Below, one piece after another: positions 30,496 to 40,584 of a stretch of DNA of 64,000 nt. The position numbers and the translations under genes are program-made. Below the pieces are notes generated by a model. That model saw nothing but the letters and a program-made list of their open reading frames with translations, was not told where the DNA came from and ran no database searches. Origin of the DNA: an uncultured Acidobacteriota bacterium (lineage in GTDB: Bacteria > Acidobacteriota > Thermoanaerobaculia > Gp7-AA8 > CAVUJZ01); assembly GCA_963741905.1 (NCBI GenBank), contig CAVUJZ010000002.1:8599-72598 (forward strand), in the 5' to 3' direction. Position 1 is the stretch's first letter. The number at the start of each line of letters is the position of its first letter.

Positions 30496-31342
30496 AACCG
30501 CAGCGCTCCGTCTCCTCAGCCGGGTTGGTTCACCAGGGTCCCCACCCGGACGTACAACGTCCGGCCACTCGCAACCGCAACGCTCCGTTTCCTCGGCCGG
30601 GTCGGTTCAGCAGGGTCCCCACCCGGACGTACAACGTCCGGCCACTCGCAACCGCAGCGCTCTGTCTCCTCAGCCGGGTTGGGTCACCAGGGTCCCCACC
30701 CGGACGTACAACGTCCGGCCACTCGCAACCGCAGCGCTCCGTCTCCTCGGCCGGGTTGGTTCACCAGGGTCCCCACCCGGACGTACAACGTCCGGCCACT
30801 CGCAACCGCAGCGCTCCGTCTCCTCGGCCGGGTTGGTTCACCAGGGTCCCCGCCCGGACGTACAACGTCCGGCCACTCGCAACCGCAGCGCTCCGTCTCC
30901 TCGGCCGGGTTGGTTCACCAGGGTCCCCACCCGGACGTACAACGTCCGGCCACTCGCAACCGCAGCGCTCTGTCTCCTCGGCCGGGTCGGTTCACCAGGG
31001 TCCCCACCCGGACGTACAACGTCCGGCCACTCGCAACCGCAACGCTCCGTCTCCTCAGCCGGGTTGGGTCACCAGGGTCCCCACCCGGACGTACAACGTC
31101 CCGCCACTCGCAACCGCAGCGCTCTGTCTCCTCGGCCGGGTTGGTTCACCAGGGTCCCCATCCGGACGTACAACGTCCGGCCACTCGCAACCGCAGCGCT
31201 CTGTCTCCTCAGCCGGGTTGGGTCACCAGGGTCCCCACCCGGACGTACAACGTCCGGCCACTCGCAACCGCAGCGCTCCGTCTCCTCGGCCGGGTTGGTT
31301 CACCAGGGTCCCCGCCCGGACCTACAACGTCCGGCCACATGC
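30496..31342 (+). repeat. Tandem array of 11 copies of an exactly 77-bp unit, each carrying a perfect 8-bp-stem hairpin
   Basis: Units start at 30496, 30573, 30650, 30727, 30804, 30881, 30958, 31035, 31112, 31189 and 31266, with no length variation. The unit is aaccgcagcgctccgtctcctcggccgggttggttcaccagggtccccacccggacgtacaacgtccggccactcgc. It contains the inverted repeat ccggacgt-aca-acgtccgg. Variation is limited to about nine SNP positions, mostly in the 5' half. Confidence 0.95.
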
Positions 31343-31448
31343 GCGGGTCGGGTGGATGAGAATTGGCCCCGGTCCGGTTGTAGAAGCCGTGGGGATGCTG
31401 GAAGAACCTTCCTGCGTCGTCGATCGTCACGATCACCGGAGGGGTCAC

Positions 31449-32147
31449 GTGAATCAGAAAATCCGTCAGTGGGGAAAATCGCTTTGGCAGGAGTGGCTGC
31501 TTCCGGCGATCATCATCATCGCGATCATCGCGCCGGTCCGCTCCGCCATCGCGGACTGGAATGACGTCCCCACCGGGTCGATGAAACCGACGATCCTCGA
31601 AGGAGACCGTGTTTTCGTCAACAAGCTCGCCTACGACCTGAAGGTTCCATTCACCACGATGCACATCGCCACCTGGGACAATCCGCAGCGGGGTGACGTC
31701 ATCGTCTTCTTTTCGCCGGCAGACGGCAAACGGCTGGTCAAGCGGGTCGTCGGTCTCCCCGGTGACCACCTCAGCCTCCATGACAATGTCCTGCTGGTGA
31801 ACGGAGTCGCCGCCGAATACGATCCCCTCGATGAAAACGTGGTGAAGCAGATCGACGCGGCGGAACGGCGGCAATCGATCTTTGCCGAAGAGAAGCTCGG
31901 ATCGGTGGAGCATGCGGTCATGGGCAATCCGGCCAATCAGACCATCCGGACCTTTCCCACCATCAGCCTCAAGCCCGACCAGTACTTCGTGATGGGCGAC
32001 AACCGGGACAACAGCTTCGACAGCCGCTACTTCGGTCCGGTGGACCGCCACCTGATCGTCGGAAAGGCCGTCGGGGTGGCGTTCTCCCTCGACCACTCCC
32101 GTTACTTTCTTCCCCGCAGCGGCCGCTTCCTTCTCGGCCTGTACTGA
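31449..32147 (+). CDS. lepB: Signal peptidase I
   Basis: GGAGGGG lies 5 nt upstream of GTG 31449. There is an N-terminal TM segment, then the catalytic Ser box VPTGSMKPTI, RGDVIVF, LVKRVVGLPGD and FVMGDNRDNSFDSRYFG. An alternative ATG lies at 31395. Confidence 0.85.
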   Translation: MNQKIRQWGKSLWQEWLLPAIIIIAIIAPVRSAIADWNDVPTGSMKPTILEGDRVFVNKLAYDLKVPFTTMHIATWDNPQRGDVIVFFSPADGKRLVKRVVGLPGDHLSLHDNVLLVNGVAAEYDPLDENVVKQIDAAERRQSIFAEEKLGSVEHAVMGNPANQTIRTFPTISLKPDQYFVMGDNRDNSFDSRYFGPVDRHLIVGKAVGVAFSLDHSRYFLPRSGRFLLGLY

Positions 32148-34130
32148 TCAGATCTCGCCGGCGGCTGGCGGCCGACCCGTTTCCATCCGTCGGCGCACCA
32201 TCAGCACCACCGCGATCAGACTCAGAAGCGAGATGCCGCCTCCAGCCAGAAATCCCGCGGGCTGGTAACGGGCCTCGATGGTGTGGGTCCCCGCATCCAC
32301 CCGAAAGGCCTGAATGATCCCTGGAGCTGCGATCCGCCGGGCCGGCTGCCCGTCAATGGTCACGTCCCAGCCGGGATCAGGGGTCTCCAGCCAGAGGAAC
32401 ACTCCCGGCTCACGCAGAACGGCGTGCCATTCCCGGACGTGACCCTCGAAACGCACCGGAGTCAGCGTGCCGGTCCACCGGGGCGGCCGATGAACCGCCG
32501 GAACCGCCGCGGCCAGGGCAGCGATCGGCCAGGCCTGAGGATTCCCATAGACGTTCAGGCCATCCCGGCTGCACACAGGTTCGAAGCCGGGCACAGGATG
32601 GGGCGCAACGACGCGATCCGCCCCGAGCGCATTCAACCACCAGCGCTGCGCCGGGCCCTCGTCAGCCATCGCCAGATGTTCGGTCAGTCGAGCAGACTGG
32701 AGCGGTGCCCAACTCCGCACCGTCCGACGGGAGTCCAGCAGTGGGGTGTACCCCCACCCGAGAGATGTCTTGCCGGTCCGCGGATGCCGGAGAGCCCAGC
32801 GAAACTGATCCACAGACGCCTCCACGACATAGACGCGGCCCGATGAGATCTGAGCCTCGAGGCAGAGTGGCTCACCGATCAACGGAGGTCGCTCCATCCG
32901 AAGCGCGACACCATCATGCGGTGCCAGCAGCAGCGGCGCCAGCACCGCAGCGGGCCCCGCCAACGGTCCCGCCATCACCAGGGCCGACGTCACTCCCTGC
33001 CCCAGCGACTCCACGGGCGCGCGGCGATGGACGATCGCGGACACGATCACCAGAGCCACGACCAGCGGAACGATCACGCGCCATCGCAACCGGTGCCGGG
33101 TCGCCATCGCTGCAGCGGCTGGAGCCAGCGCAACCACCGCCACGAACAGCAATCGCGAGGGATAGCGGACCAGTCCATGAGTGAGCCAGAGCCAGACCGC
33201 CCCTCCGGCACCGGTCCCTGCAATCACCCCGACCGCAAGAAGCAGCCAGCCCCAGATCGCCAGTTTCCGCTCTGCTCCCCGACCACGAAACAGCGCCACA
33301 ACCCCGTACACCAGCGCCCAGAACGCGACCGTCGTCCCGGTGACGAAGCGATCCGCATTCGTACTGCCATCCTGCTCCGGAATGGCGAGCTGAAGAAGAT
33401 CCGCTGCACTCAGCGCACCGCTGCTCACACCGCTCGCGGGCGATTGGGATCCTCGGTCGCCCTGCGAAACCCAGACGATGAATGGAATCGCCTGAACCGC
33501 CACCATCCCGCCACCGAGGAGGATGGCGACGACGAGGGTTCTGCGAGGGACCAGCGTGAGCGCCACCAGAACGCCGATGGCTGCCAACTGAGGCTCGCCA
33601 CCGAGCCACGCCAGAGCCACGAAAACGGCAACCGGAACGACCTTCCCGCGGAGTGCGCTCCACCAGATCCACGGAAGCCAGGCGAGCGTGTCGAGATTAT
33701 TCAGGACCCCGGCCGAGGTGATCACCGGACCTGCGAAAACCACGGTCCAGCCGGCGGCCAGTTGCAGCCATGGAGAACATCGGAGGGTCCGGGCAAGAAG
33801 CGCGATCCCCACCCCGAGAATCGCCAGATGGAGCCCGATTTCCAGCCCCAGCGATACCGTGGGGGAAAAAACAACCGGAAACCATGCCGGCGGATACAGC
33901 ACACCGCTCTGCGGGTTCGCGAAGAAGCTCTCGCCGCAACCCACGTCCGGCGTCCAGAAGGGACTGGCGGAATGCGTCAGAACCGCCGCGAGCCGAGCGC
34001 GAAGGGGAAGAAAATAGCTGGTCAGGTCGCGCAGCGTCGGAATCCAGCCAGCCAGGGCGAGGACCATCAGCCCCACGCCCGGGAATGCGGCTCCGACCGT
34101 GGCCCACCGGCTCGACTGGTTCCTGTGCAT
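32148..34130 (-). CDS. Large polytopic membrane protein, YfhO-like / glycosyltransferase-C-fold candidate
   Basis: The 660-aa protein has many TM segments. The N-terminal pattern ...FWTPDVGCGESFFANPQSGVLYPPAW... resembles the YfhO family as I recall it. The C-terminal ~200 aa are soluble, followed by a final TM segment. Confidence 0.4.
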   Translation of the reverse strand: MHRNQSSRWATVGAAFPGVGLMVLALAGWIPTLRDLTSYFLPLRARLAAVLTHSASPFWTPDVGCGESFFANPQSGVLYPPAWFPVVFSPTVSLGLEIGLHLAILGVGIALLARTLRCSPWLQLAAGWTVVFAGPVITSAGVLNNLDTLAWLPWIWWSALRGKVVPVAVFVALAWLGGEPQLAAIGVLVALTLVPRRTLVVAILLGGGMVAVQAIPFIVWVSQGDRGSQSPASGVSSGALSAADLLQLAIPEQDGSTNADRFVTGTTVAFWALVYGVVALFRGRGAERKLAIWGWLLLAVGVIAGTGAGGAVWLWLTHGLVRYPSRLLFVAVVALAPAAAAMATRHRLRWRVIVPLVVALVIVSAIVHRRAPVESLGQGVTSALVMAGPLAGPAAVLAPLLLAPHDGVALRMERPPLIGEPLCLEAQISSGRVYVVEASVDQFRWALRHPRTGKTSLGWGYTPLLDSRRTVRSWAPLQSARLTEHLAMADEGPAQRWWLNALGADRVVAPHPVPGFEPVCSRDGLNVYGNPQAWPIAALAAAVPAVHRPPRWTGTLTPVRFEGHVREWHAVLREPGVFLWLETPDPGWDVTIDGQPARRIAAPGIIQAFRVDAGTHTIEARYQPAGFLAGGGISLLSLIAVVLMVRRRMETGRPPAAGEI

Positions 34131-34320
34131 GGCGCGATTCTACGCGGTGAGGCGCGGCCAGTGCTCCGGCGATTGCAGTTCCCGGCACCGTTGTGAGTGG
34201 ATCGACCGGGTTTCGCCGACTGACCGCGACCTCGAGGCGCCTTGAGTTTTCGGTGGCGATCCTTCATTCTTTTCTCTCTTCCGGGGGCGCGCCACGTTTT
34301 TTGCATCCGCGGAAGCCATC

Positions 34321-35457
34321 ATGGAGGTCGTCACGGGTACGGAATCGAATCAGAATCAGCCACAGCAGAGCCTCTCCGATCGAATCCCGGTCGCCGTTCT
34401 CGGTGCGACCGGATCGGTGGGCCAGCGCTTCGTCCAGCTGCTCGAGCATCACCCGTGGTTCCGCCTCCATGAAGTGGTCGCTTCCGATCGGAGCGCGGGC
34501 CGCTCCTTCGGTGATGCGGCGGAATGGCGGCAACCGACGCTCCTTCCGGAGGAGGCCGCGGCGCTCGAGGTCAAGCCGCTCGGCCAGGAGCTGGAATCCA
34601 CCCTGCTGTTCTCCGCACTCGACTCCTCGGTTGCCGGGGAGGCCGAGGACCTCTACGCGAACCGGGGCTGTGTGGTGGTCTCGAACTCGAAGAACCACCG
34701 GATGGATCCCGACGTTCCCCTACTCATTCCGGAGATCAATCCCGCGCATCTGGCCGCCATCGAGCACCAGCAGACACGGCGCGGCGGGAAGGGCTATATC
34801 GTCACCAATCCGAACTGCTCCACCATCGGACTGGCCATGGCCATTGCTCCCATTGAATCTCAGCACGGTATCGACCGGCTGCAGGTCACCACGATGCAGG
34901 CGATCTCCGGAGCAGGCTATTCGGGCGTCCCCTCCTATTCGATTCTGGACAACGTCGTCCCGCTGATCTCCGGAGAGGAGTCGAAGATCGAATCGGAGCC
35001 GAACCGGATTCTCGGACGATGGACCGGCGAGCGATTCGAGGAGAACAGCATCCGGATCTCGGCCCAGGCAAACCGCGTTCCGGTGATCGATGGCCATCTG
35101 ATGTGTATCTCCTTTTCCTATCGGAATGGGGAGGACCTCAAGCGGCACTTTCCGGTCGAGACCCTGATCGAGGATGCACGTCACGCCCTCCGTTCATGGG
35201 CAGGTGAGCCTCAGCGGCTCGCGCTTCCCTCCGCACCGTCCCATCCGATTCATCTTCTCGACGAAGAGGACCGGCCCCAGCCACGGCTGGATCGGGACCG
35301 CGACCGGGGAATGTCGGTCTCGGTCGGACGAATCCGGCCCTGTCCCGTGCTCGACGTGCGGATGGTCGCCCTGGTCCACAATACGGTTCGCGGCGCCGCG
35401 GGAGCGGCCCTGCTCAATGCCGAGCTGCTGAAGTCAAAAGGTCTGTTGAATCGATGA
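34321..35457 (+). CDS. asd: Aspartate-semialdehyde dehydrogenase
   Basis: It reads VAVLGATGSVGQRFVQLLEHHPWF...NPNCSTIGLAMAIAP...NTVRGAAGAALLNAELL. Confidence 0.9.
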   Translation: MEVVTGTESNQNQPQQSLSDRIPVAVLGATGSVGQRFVQLLEHHPWFRLHEVVASDRSAGRSFGDAAEWRQPTLLPEEAAALEVKPLGQELESTLLFSALDSSVAGEAEDLYANRGCVVVSNSKNHRMDPDVPLLIPEINPAHLAAIEHQQTRRGGKGYIVTNPNCSTIGLAMAIAPIESQHGIDRLQVTTMQAISGAGYSGVPSYSILDNVVPLISGEESKIESEPNRILGRWTGERFEENSIRISAQANRVPVIDGHLMCISFSYRNGEDLKRHFPVETLIEDARHALRSWAGEPQRLALPSAPSHPIHLLDEEDRPQPRLDRDRDRGMSVSVGRIRPCPVLDVRMVALVHNTVRGAAGAALLNAELLKSKGLLNR

Positions 35458-36821
35458 TTGTCATCAAGTTCGGAGGAACCTCGGTCGGTTCGACCTCCGC
35501 TCTGCGCCAGGCGATCGAGATCGTTGCGGCGCGGCACGAGCAGAGGCCGGTGGTGGTCGTCTCGGCTCTGTCCGGCATCACCAACCAGCTCGAGGCCGCC
35601 TCGGCCGCGGCCGCCACCGGCGACGCCGAGGCGATGCGGCTCCAGGTCCGGGAAATCGAAAGCCGCCACCGGGAGATCGCCTTCGAGCTCGTCCAGCAGA
35701 AATCGGACTATCTCGACGCGTTCAACCGGCAGCTCTCCCGCCAGATCAATCAGATCACCGCCATCCTGGAAGGGATCGCTCTGGTCGGAGAAGTCACGCC
35801 CCGCGCGCACGACAAGATCTCGGCGATCGGTGAGAAGCTCTCCTCGGTGCTCTTCGCCTACACCATGCGACTGAAGATGCTCGCCGGGGTCCATGTGGAC
35901 TCCGAGGAAGTGATCGTGACCGACGAGCGGTTCGGGCGAGCGACTCCGCTGATGGACCAGACCCGGGAAGCCGCCCATCGGGTCCTGCTTCCCGAGCTCG
36001 ACCGAGGCCACATCCCGGTGATGGGAGGGTTCGTCGGACGCTCGCAGAAGGGTGCGACCACGACCCTGGGACGCGGGGGCTCGGACTACAGCGCGGCCAT
36101 CGTCGGTGCGGTTCTCGAGGCGGACGAGATTCAGATCTGGACGGACGTCGACGGCATGATGACCTCGGATCCAAGAGTGATTCCCGCCGCCCGGGTCATC
36201 GATCAGATCTCCTACGTGGAAGCTGCAGAGCTGGCCTTCTTCGGAGCCAAGGTGCTCCACCCGAACACGATCGCGCCCGCGGTGAAGCGGGCGATTCCGA
36301 TCCGGGTGCTCAACACCCACAACCCTGCAGCGCCCGGTACGCGAATCACCCGCGAGGGGGATTCCTCCAGCCGACGCGCTCGCGCGATCGCGGTCAAGCG
36401 CGGAGTCACGGCGATCCATCTGACCTCGGATCGGATGCTCGGTGCGCACGGATTCCTGGCCGCCATCTTCGAGGTCTTCGACCGCTGGGAAACATCGGTC
36501 GATCTGGTCACCACCTCGGAGGTTTCCGTCTCGCTCACGATCGACCGGGACGATCATCTCGACGCACTGGTTCAGGAGCTCGACCAGGTGGCGGACGTGC
36601 GGATTGAGCGCGATCAGGCGATCATCGCCATCGTCGGCACCGACGTGCTGGGCGACAACGCGGTGGGTGTCTCACTGTTTCAGGCTCTTCGGGAAATCCC
36701 GATCTCGATGATCGATCTCGGCAGCTCGGGATTGAACCTCAGCCTCGTCGTGCGGGGGGCGGACGCCGACCGGGCGCTCCGATCGATTCACGCCGCCATC
36801 TTCGAGCAGGTCCCGGCGTAG
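35454..36821 (+). CDS. lysC: Aspartate kinase
   Basis: It reads MIVIKFGGTSVGS...LGRGGSDYSAA...TDVDGMMTSDPR, followed by C-terminal ACT-like repeats. An ATGA overlaps the asd stop. Confidence 0.9.
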   Translation: MIVIKFGGTSVGSTSALRQAIEIVAARHEQRPVVVVSALSGITNQLEAASAAAATGDAEAMRLQVREIESRHREIAFELVQQKSDYLDAFNRQLSRQINQITAILEGIALVGEVTPRAHDKISAIGEKLSSVLFAYTMRLKMLAGVHVDSEEVIVTDERFGRATPLMDQTREAAHRVLLPELDRGHIPVMGGFVGRSQKGATTTLGRGGSDYSAAIVGAVLEADEIQIWTDVDGMMTSDPRVIPAARVIDQISYVEAAELAFFGAKVLHPNTIAPAVKRAIPIRVLNTHNPAAPGTRITREGDSSSRRARAIAVKRGVTAIHLTSDRMLGAHGFLAAIFEVFDRWETSVDLVTTSEVSVSLTIDRDDHLDALVQELDQVADVRIERDQAIIAIVGTDVLGDNAVGVSLFQALREIPISMIDLGSSGLNLSLVVRGADADRALRSIHAAIFEQVPA

Positions 36822-36881
36822 CCACGCATCTGCCAGATCCACGGCCGCGCCGGGGCAACGCGTTCCTCAGGAGGAGATTGG

Positions 36882-37556
36882 ATGAAACTCGCACTCAGCG
36901 GGCAGGGGAAGATGGGACAGGCCGTCGAGAGAGTGGCGGCACAGCGGGGACATCAGATCGCCGTCACCTTCAGCAGCAGCCAGCCACCTCGGGAGCAGGA
37001 GCTCGAGGGAGTCGAGGTGCTCATCGATTTCTCCCACGCCTCGGCCATCGATCAGGTTTTTCGCGCAGCCTGGGCCGCCGGAGTTCCCGTCGTGACCGGA
37101 ACTACCGGATGGAACGACCGGCTCGCGGAGATCCGGGAAAAGAGTGCAGCCGCCGGAATCGCGGTCGTGCACGCGGCCAACTTTTCCCCGGGAGCGAACC
37201 TTCTCTTCGCGCTCGCACGCCGGGCGGCGGAGCTCGCGATGAAGTTTGAATACGCCGCCGGAATCGAGGAGCGTCATCATGCCCAGAAGAAGGATGCTCC
37301 CAGCGGCACCGCCATCCGGATCGCCAGCGAGGTCTCCCGAGGCAGTGAAGGAAGACTCGAGGCTCCGATCGTCAGCTCGCGCGTGGGCAGCGAGTTCGGC
37401 CTCCATACGCTGTTTTTCGATTCTCCAGACGATCTGATAGAACTGAGCCACCGTGCGCGCGGCCGCGACGGCTTCGCCCGGGGCGCGGTCATTGCAGCCG
37501 AGCTGATCGCGGATCGGACCGGCTTTTTCAGTTTCGAAGAGCTCATCGGGCTCTGA
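36882..37556 (+). CDS. dapB: 4-hydroxy-tetrahydrodipicolinate reductase
   Basis: It reads MKLALSGQGKMGQAV...VTGTTGW...AANFSPGANL...ERHHAQKKDAPSGTA. Confidence 0.85.
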   Translation: MKLALSGQGKMGQAVERVAAQRGHQIAVTFSSSQPPREQELEGVEVLIDFSHASAIDQVFRAAWAAGVPVVTGTTGWNDRLAEIREKSAAAGIAVVHAANFSPGANLLFALARRAAELAMKFEYAAGIEERHHAQKKDAPSGTAIRIASEVSRGSEGRLEAPIVSSRVGSEFGLHTLFFDSPDDLIELSHRARGRDGFARGAVIAAELIADRTGFFSFEELIGL

Positions 37557-37574
37557 TCCGCGAGAGGAGGTCCC

Positions 37575-38498
37575 ATGGCAGACAAGACTGGTTCAGACCG
37601 GTTCCGGGGCGTCGGAGTCGCCCTGATCACTCCGTTCAAGGACGACGGTTCCCTGGATGAGGCGACGTTCGAAAAGTTCGTCGACTGGCAGATCGAACAG
37701 GGAACGGATTTTCTGGTTCCCTGTGGTACGACCGGCGAGAATCCCGCACTCACCTTCGATGAGCATCTGCGGGTGATCGAACTGACGGTGAAGCGGGCCA
37801 ATGGCCGGACTCCGGTACTTGCCGGTGCCGGGAGCAACTCCACGCCCAAAGCGATCGACTTCGCCCTCGGGGCGATCGAGCTCGGGGCAGACGGAATCCT
37901 GACCATCACGCCGTACTACAACAAGCCCACTCCGGATGGATTGCTCCGGCATTTCGGGGCCCAGGGCGATGCAGTGGACGGGGTTTCCTCCGGCTTTCCG
38001 ATGATCGTGTACAACGTCCCTGGACGAACCGGCTGCAACATCACTCCCGACACCCTTCAGCGAATCATCCGGACCGTGCCGAACGTGATCGGAGTGAAGG
38101 AGGCCTCCGCGAATTACGATCAGATGGCAACGATTCTCCGGGAGCGCCCGCCCGGATTCCTGATGCTCAGCGGCGATGACTCCTGGACGCTCCCACTGAT
38201 CGCTCTCGGAGCCGACGGAGTGATCTCGGTCGCAGCCAACGAGGTTCCGGCCCTGATGAAACAGATGGTCTCCGCAGCGCTGCACAACGATTTTCCGGCA
38301 GCTCGGGCCATTCACCGACAAATTCTCCCGCTGATGACCGGAAACTTCATGGAATCCAATCCCGGACCCCCCAAAGCGGCAATGAAGATGATGGGCATTC
38401 TGCCGAACGATCTGCTGCGGTCCCCATTGGCACCGCTGACCGACGCCAGCCGCTCGCGCTTGCGCACCATCCTCGAGGAGTGCGGATTGCTCGCCTGA
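37575..38498 (+). CDS. dapA: 4-hydroxy-tetrahydrodipicolinate synthase
   Basis: It reads GVGVALITPFKDDGSLDE...LVPCGTTGENPALT...TPYYNKPT...YNVPGRTG. Confidence 0.9.
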   Translation: MADKTGSDRFRGVGVALITPFKDDGSLDEATFEKFVDWQIEQGTDFLVPCGTTGENPALTFDEHLRVIELTVKRANGRTPVLAGAGSNSTPKAIDFALGAIELGADGILTITPYYNKPTPDGLLRHFGAQGDAVDGVSSGFPMIVYNVPGRTGCNITPDTLQRIIRTVPNVIGVKEASANYDQMATILRERPPGFLMLSGDDSWTLPLIALGADGVISVAANEVPALMKQMVSAALHNDFPAARAIHRQILPLMTGNFMESNPGPPKAAMKMMGILPNDLLRSPLAPLTDASRSRLRTILEECGLLA

Positions 38499-38555
38499 CC
38501 GGGCCAGTCCCCGCTTTCCTCTGTTTGTTGTAGGGTTTGTCCAACAGGAGCCGTC

Positions 38556-39383
38556 ATGATGGAAACCATCGAATCTCGAATCGCCGGACTGGAAACCACC
38601 CATGACCGCATGGAAGCGGTGCGGATTCTCAATCTCTTTCTGGCTGAACTGGAGAAGGGAACGGTTCGATCCGCGGAGCGCGACGACATGGGCGTATGGC
38701 ACGCCAATGAATGGGTCAAGAAGGGCATCCTCCATGCCTTCCGCTTCGGGGTGCTGACCGACTTCGCCTCCGGATCGCTGTCGTTTGTGGACAAGGACAC
38801 CGTTCCCCCGCGACGCTTTCGCAAGGACGAGGGCATCCGCATCGTGCCCGGCGGAACCGCGGTCCGCAGGGGAGCTCATCTCGGTCAGGGAGTGGTGATC
38901 ATGCCTCCGGCATACGTCAATGTCGGGGCTTTCGTGGACGAGGAGACGATGATCGATTCCCATGCCCTCGTCGGATCCTGTGCTCAGATCGGAAAACGGG
39001 TTCACCTCAGCGCCGCAGCACAGATCGGTGGTGTGCTCGAGCCGATCGGAAATGTGCCGGTCGTGGTGGAGGACGAAGTGGTGGTCGGCGGCAATGCCGG
39101 GATCTACGAGGGCACCATCGTCCGCACCCGTGCGGTCATCGGGGCGGGCGTGGTGATCACCGCATCCACCCCGGTCTATGACGCCGTCCGGGATCAGGTC
39201 TACCGCGCCGAGAAGAACCGACCGCTGGAGATTCCGTACGGAGCGGTGGTGGTTCCCGGATCGCGCCCCCTGTCGAGTGATTTCGGCAGGAAACACGGCC
39301 TGCAGATCGCCAGCCCGGTGATCATCAAGTACCGCGACGACAAGACCGACAGCGCCACCGCACTCGAAGAAGCGCTTCGATGA
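38556..39383 (+). CDS. dapD: Tetrahydrodipicolinate N-succinyltransferase
   Basis: It aligns by eye along its length with E. coli DapD (…[11 protein letters not shown]…[13 protein letters not shown]…[48 protein letters not shown]…). Confidence 0.9.
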   Translation: MMETIESRIAGLETTHDRMEAVRILNLFLAELEKGTVRSAERDDMGVWHANEWVKKGILHAFRFGVLTDFASGSLSFVDKDTVPPRRFRKDEGIRIVPGGTAVRRGAHLGQGVVIMPPAYVNVGAFVDEETMIDSHALVGSCAQIGKRVHLSAAAQIGGVLEPIGNVPVVVEDEVVVGGNAGIYEGTIVRTRAVIGAGVVITASTPVYDAVRDQVYRAEKNRPLEIPYGAVVVPGSRPLSSDFGRKHGLQIASPVIIKYRDDKTDSATALEEALR

Positions 39384-40537
39384 CCGACGAGCAGCGAACC
39401 CCTCCGGCCGCATCACGTTTCGATGGGGTGGACGTCTCGCTGATCCGGCAGATCAATGCGCTCGCCACCCCGCTGAGTCTCAATCTGGGACTGGGCGAGC
39501 CGAATCTGCGTCCCGACGATCGGCTCATGGAGATGGTCGAGCGTGCCGCGCGCGAAACGCCGTGGAGCTACTCGCCGAACGCCGGATTCCTCTCTCTCCG
39601 GCAGGCCATCTCGGATTGGCATGGCGGTCTGGCCGATCCTCCCGATGGAATCTGCGTCACCGCGGGGACCCAGGAGGGGCTCCACGCGGTGATCACCGCC
39701 TTCGTCAATCCGGGCGATGAAGTGCTGGTGCCTGATCCAGGCTTTCTCTCCTATCCTGCCCTGGTCCGTCTCGCCGGCGGGGAGCCGGTGGGCTACCCGC
39801 TGGAGACCGGCTCATGGACGGTGGATCCAGACGAGATCGAGTCGCGGCTGAGCTCCCGGACCCGCGCGATCGTGATCAACTCACCATCCAATCCGACCGG
39901 TGGCGTCCTTTCGCGCCACGTCCTCGAGCAGATCGCGGACCTCGCCGACCGCCATGGTTGTCTCCTCATCAGCGACGAGGTGTATCGGGAAATCCACTAC
40001 GGAGAGCGGCCCCCGACCCTGCTCGGGCTCGGCAGGAACTCCATCGTTCTCACCGGACTCTCCAAGAGCCATGGCCTGACCGGATTGCGGATCGGGTGGA
40101 TCCTCGGGCCCGGAACATTGATGCGGAGCATCATCAAGGCGCATCAGTACATCACCACCTGTGCATCCGTTGCATCACAAAGGCTGGCCGAACAGGTACT
40201 CTCCGATCGACCGTGGAACGAAGGCTGGCTGGCCGGCGTCCGCGCACAGTTCCGCGGCCAGCGGGAAACGGCTCTGTTCGGGATCGAGCACCGTCTTCAC
40301 ACCAGGATCTCCCCACCGGAAGGGGCGTTTTACGCATTCGTTCCAATCCCCGCCTGCCGCTCGCTGGAGCTTGCTCGCGAGCTCGCCACCGATGCCGGGG
40401 TGATCGTCATCCCCGGGGTGGCATTCGGCGAGCAGGGAGAAGGCTTCGTCCGGATCTCCTACGCGGCACCGCACGAGATCATCGGGAGCGGAATCGAGCG
40501 GATCGGCAGGTATCTCGATGGGCGGGCGCTTCGGTGA
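39380..40537 (+). CDS. Class I/II pyridoxal-phosphate aminotransferase (DapC-like by context)
   Basis: The fold-type I pattern includes the ...[13 protein letters not shown]... lysine motif. An ATGA overlaps dapD. Confidence 0.75.
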   Translation: MTDEQRTPPAASRFDGVDVSLIRQINALATPLSLNLGLGEPNLRPDDRLMEMVERAARETPWSYSPNAGFLSLRQAISDWHGGLADPPDGICVTAGTQEGLHAVITAFVNPGDEVLVPDPGFLSYPALVRLAGGEPVGYPLETGSWTVDPDEIESRLSSRTRAIVINSPSNPTGGVLSRHVLEQIADLADRHGCLLISDEVYREIHYGERPPTLLGLGRNSIVLTGLSKSHGLTGLRIGWILGPGTLMRSIIKAHQYITTCASVASQRLAEQVLSDRPWNEGWLAGVRAQFRGQRETALFGIEHRLHTRISPPEGAFYAFVPIPACRSLELARELATDAGVIVIPGVAFGEQGEGFVRISYAAPHEIIGSGIERIGRYLDGRALR

Positions 40538-40584
40538 GTCGGCAAAATGATAGGCTCTCCAGTTCGAAAACAAGGAGGACAGCA

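Noticed and set aside
29712-30497. ORF 29010..30497 gives the SDR gene a 262-aa N-terminal extension, and similar upstream extensions affect the lhr, nei, nucleotidyltransferase, pgk and bfr ORFs.
   Set aside because: The extensions are Arg/Pro/Gly-rich junk overlapping other real genes. Internal ATG or GTG codons with Shine-Dalgarno sequences coincide with the conserved N-termini (MKLEGAKALVTGG, MESLAAFHAP, MPEGDT, MRAMILAAG, MIKLPG, MKGKREII).
30303-31342. The 77-bp array could be interpreted as a CRISPR array.
   Set aside because: There are no unique spacers, because the units abut directly and are near-identical over their full length. The 77-bp unit is longer than CRISPR repeats. No cas genes are in the window.
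30361-31564. Three overlapping plus-strand ORFs (30361..31359, 30525..32147, 30833..31564) run through the 77-bp array. One is fused in frame to lepB, suggesting a repeat protein or an N-terminally extended signal peptidase.
   Set aside because: The period of 77 bp is not divisible by 3, so each frame cycles through all three readings of the unit. All three frames are open only because the unit lacks TAA, TAG and TGA. lepB has its own GGAGG plus GTG start at 31449, followed by a normal N-terminal TM anchor.
34131-34320. A lysine riboswitch (L-box) might lie upstream of the asd-lysC-dap operon, since GAGGCGC occurs twice.
   Set aside because: Apart from GAGGCGC, the other conserved L-box elements I recall (GAGUAG, CCGAAG, the ACUGUCA 3' strand) are absent, and no convincing five-helix junction can be drawn. 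An Rfam scan would settle it.
40537-40584. A Fur box might lie upstream of bfr (aaaatgataggc).
   Set aside because: Only a partial half-site resembles GATAATGATAATCATTATC, and there is no dyad symmetry.
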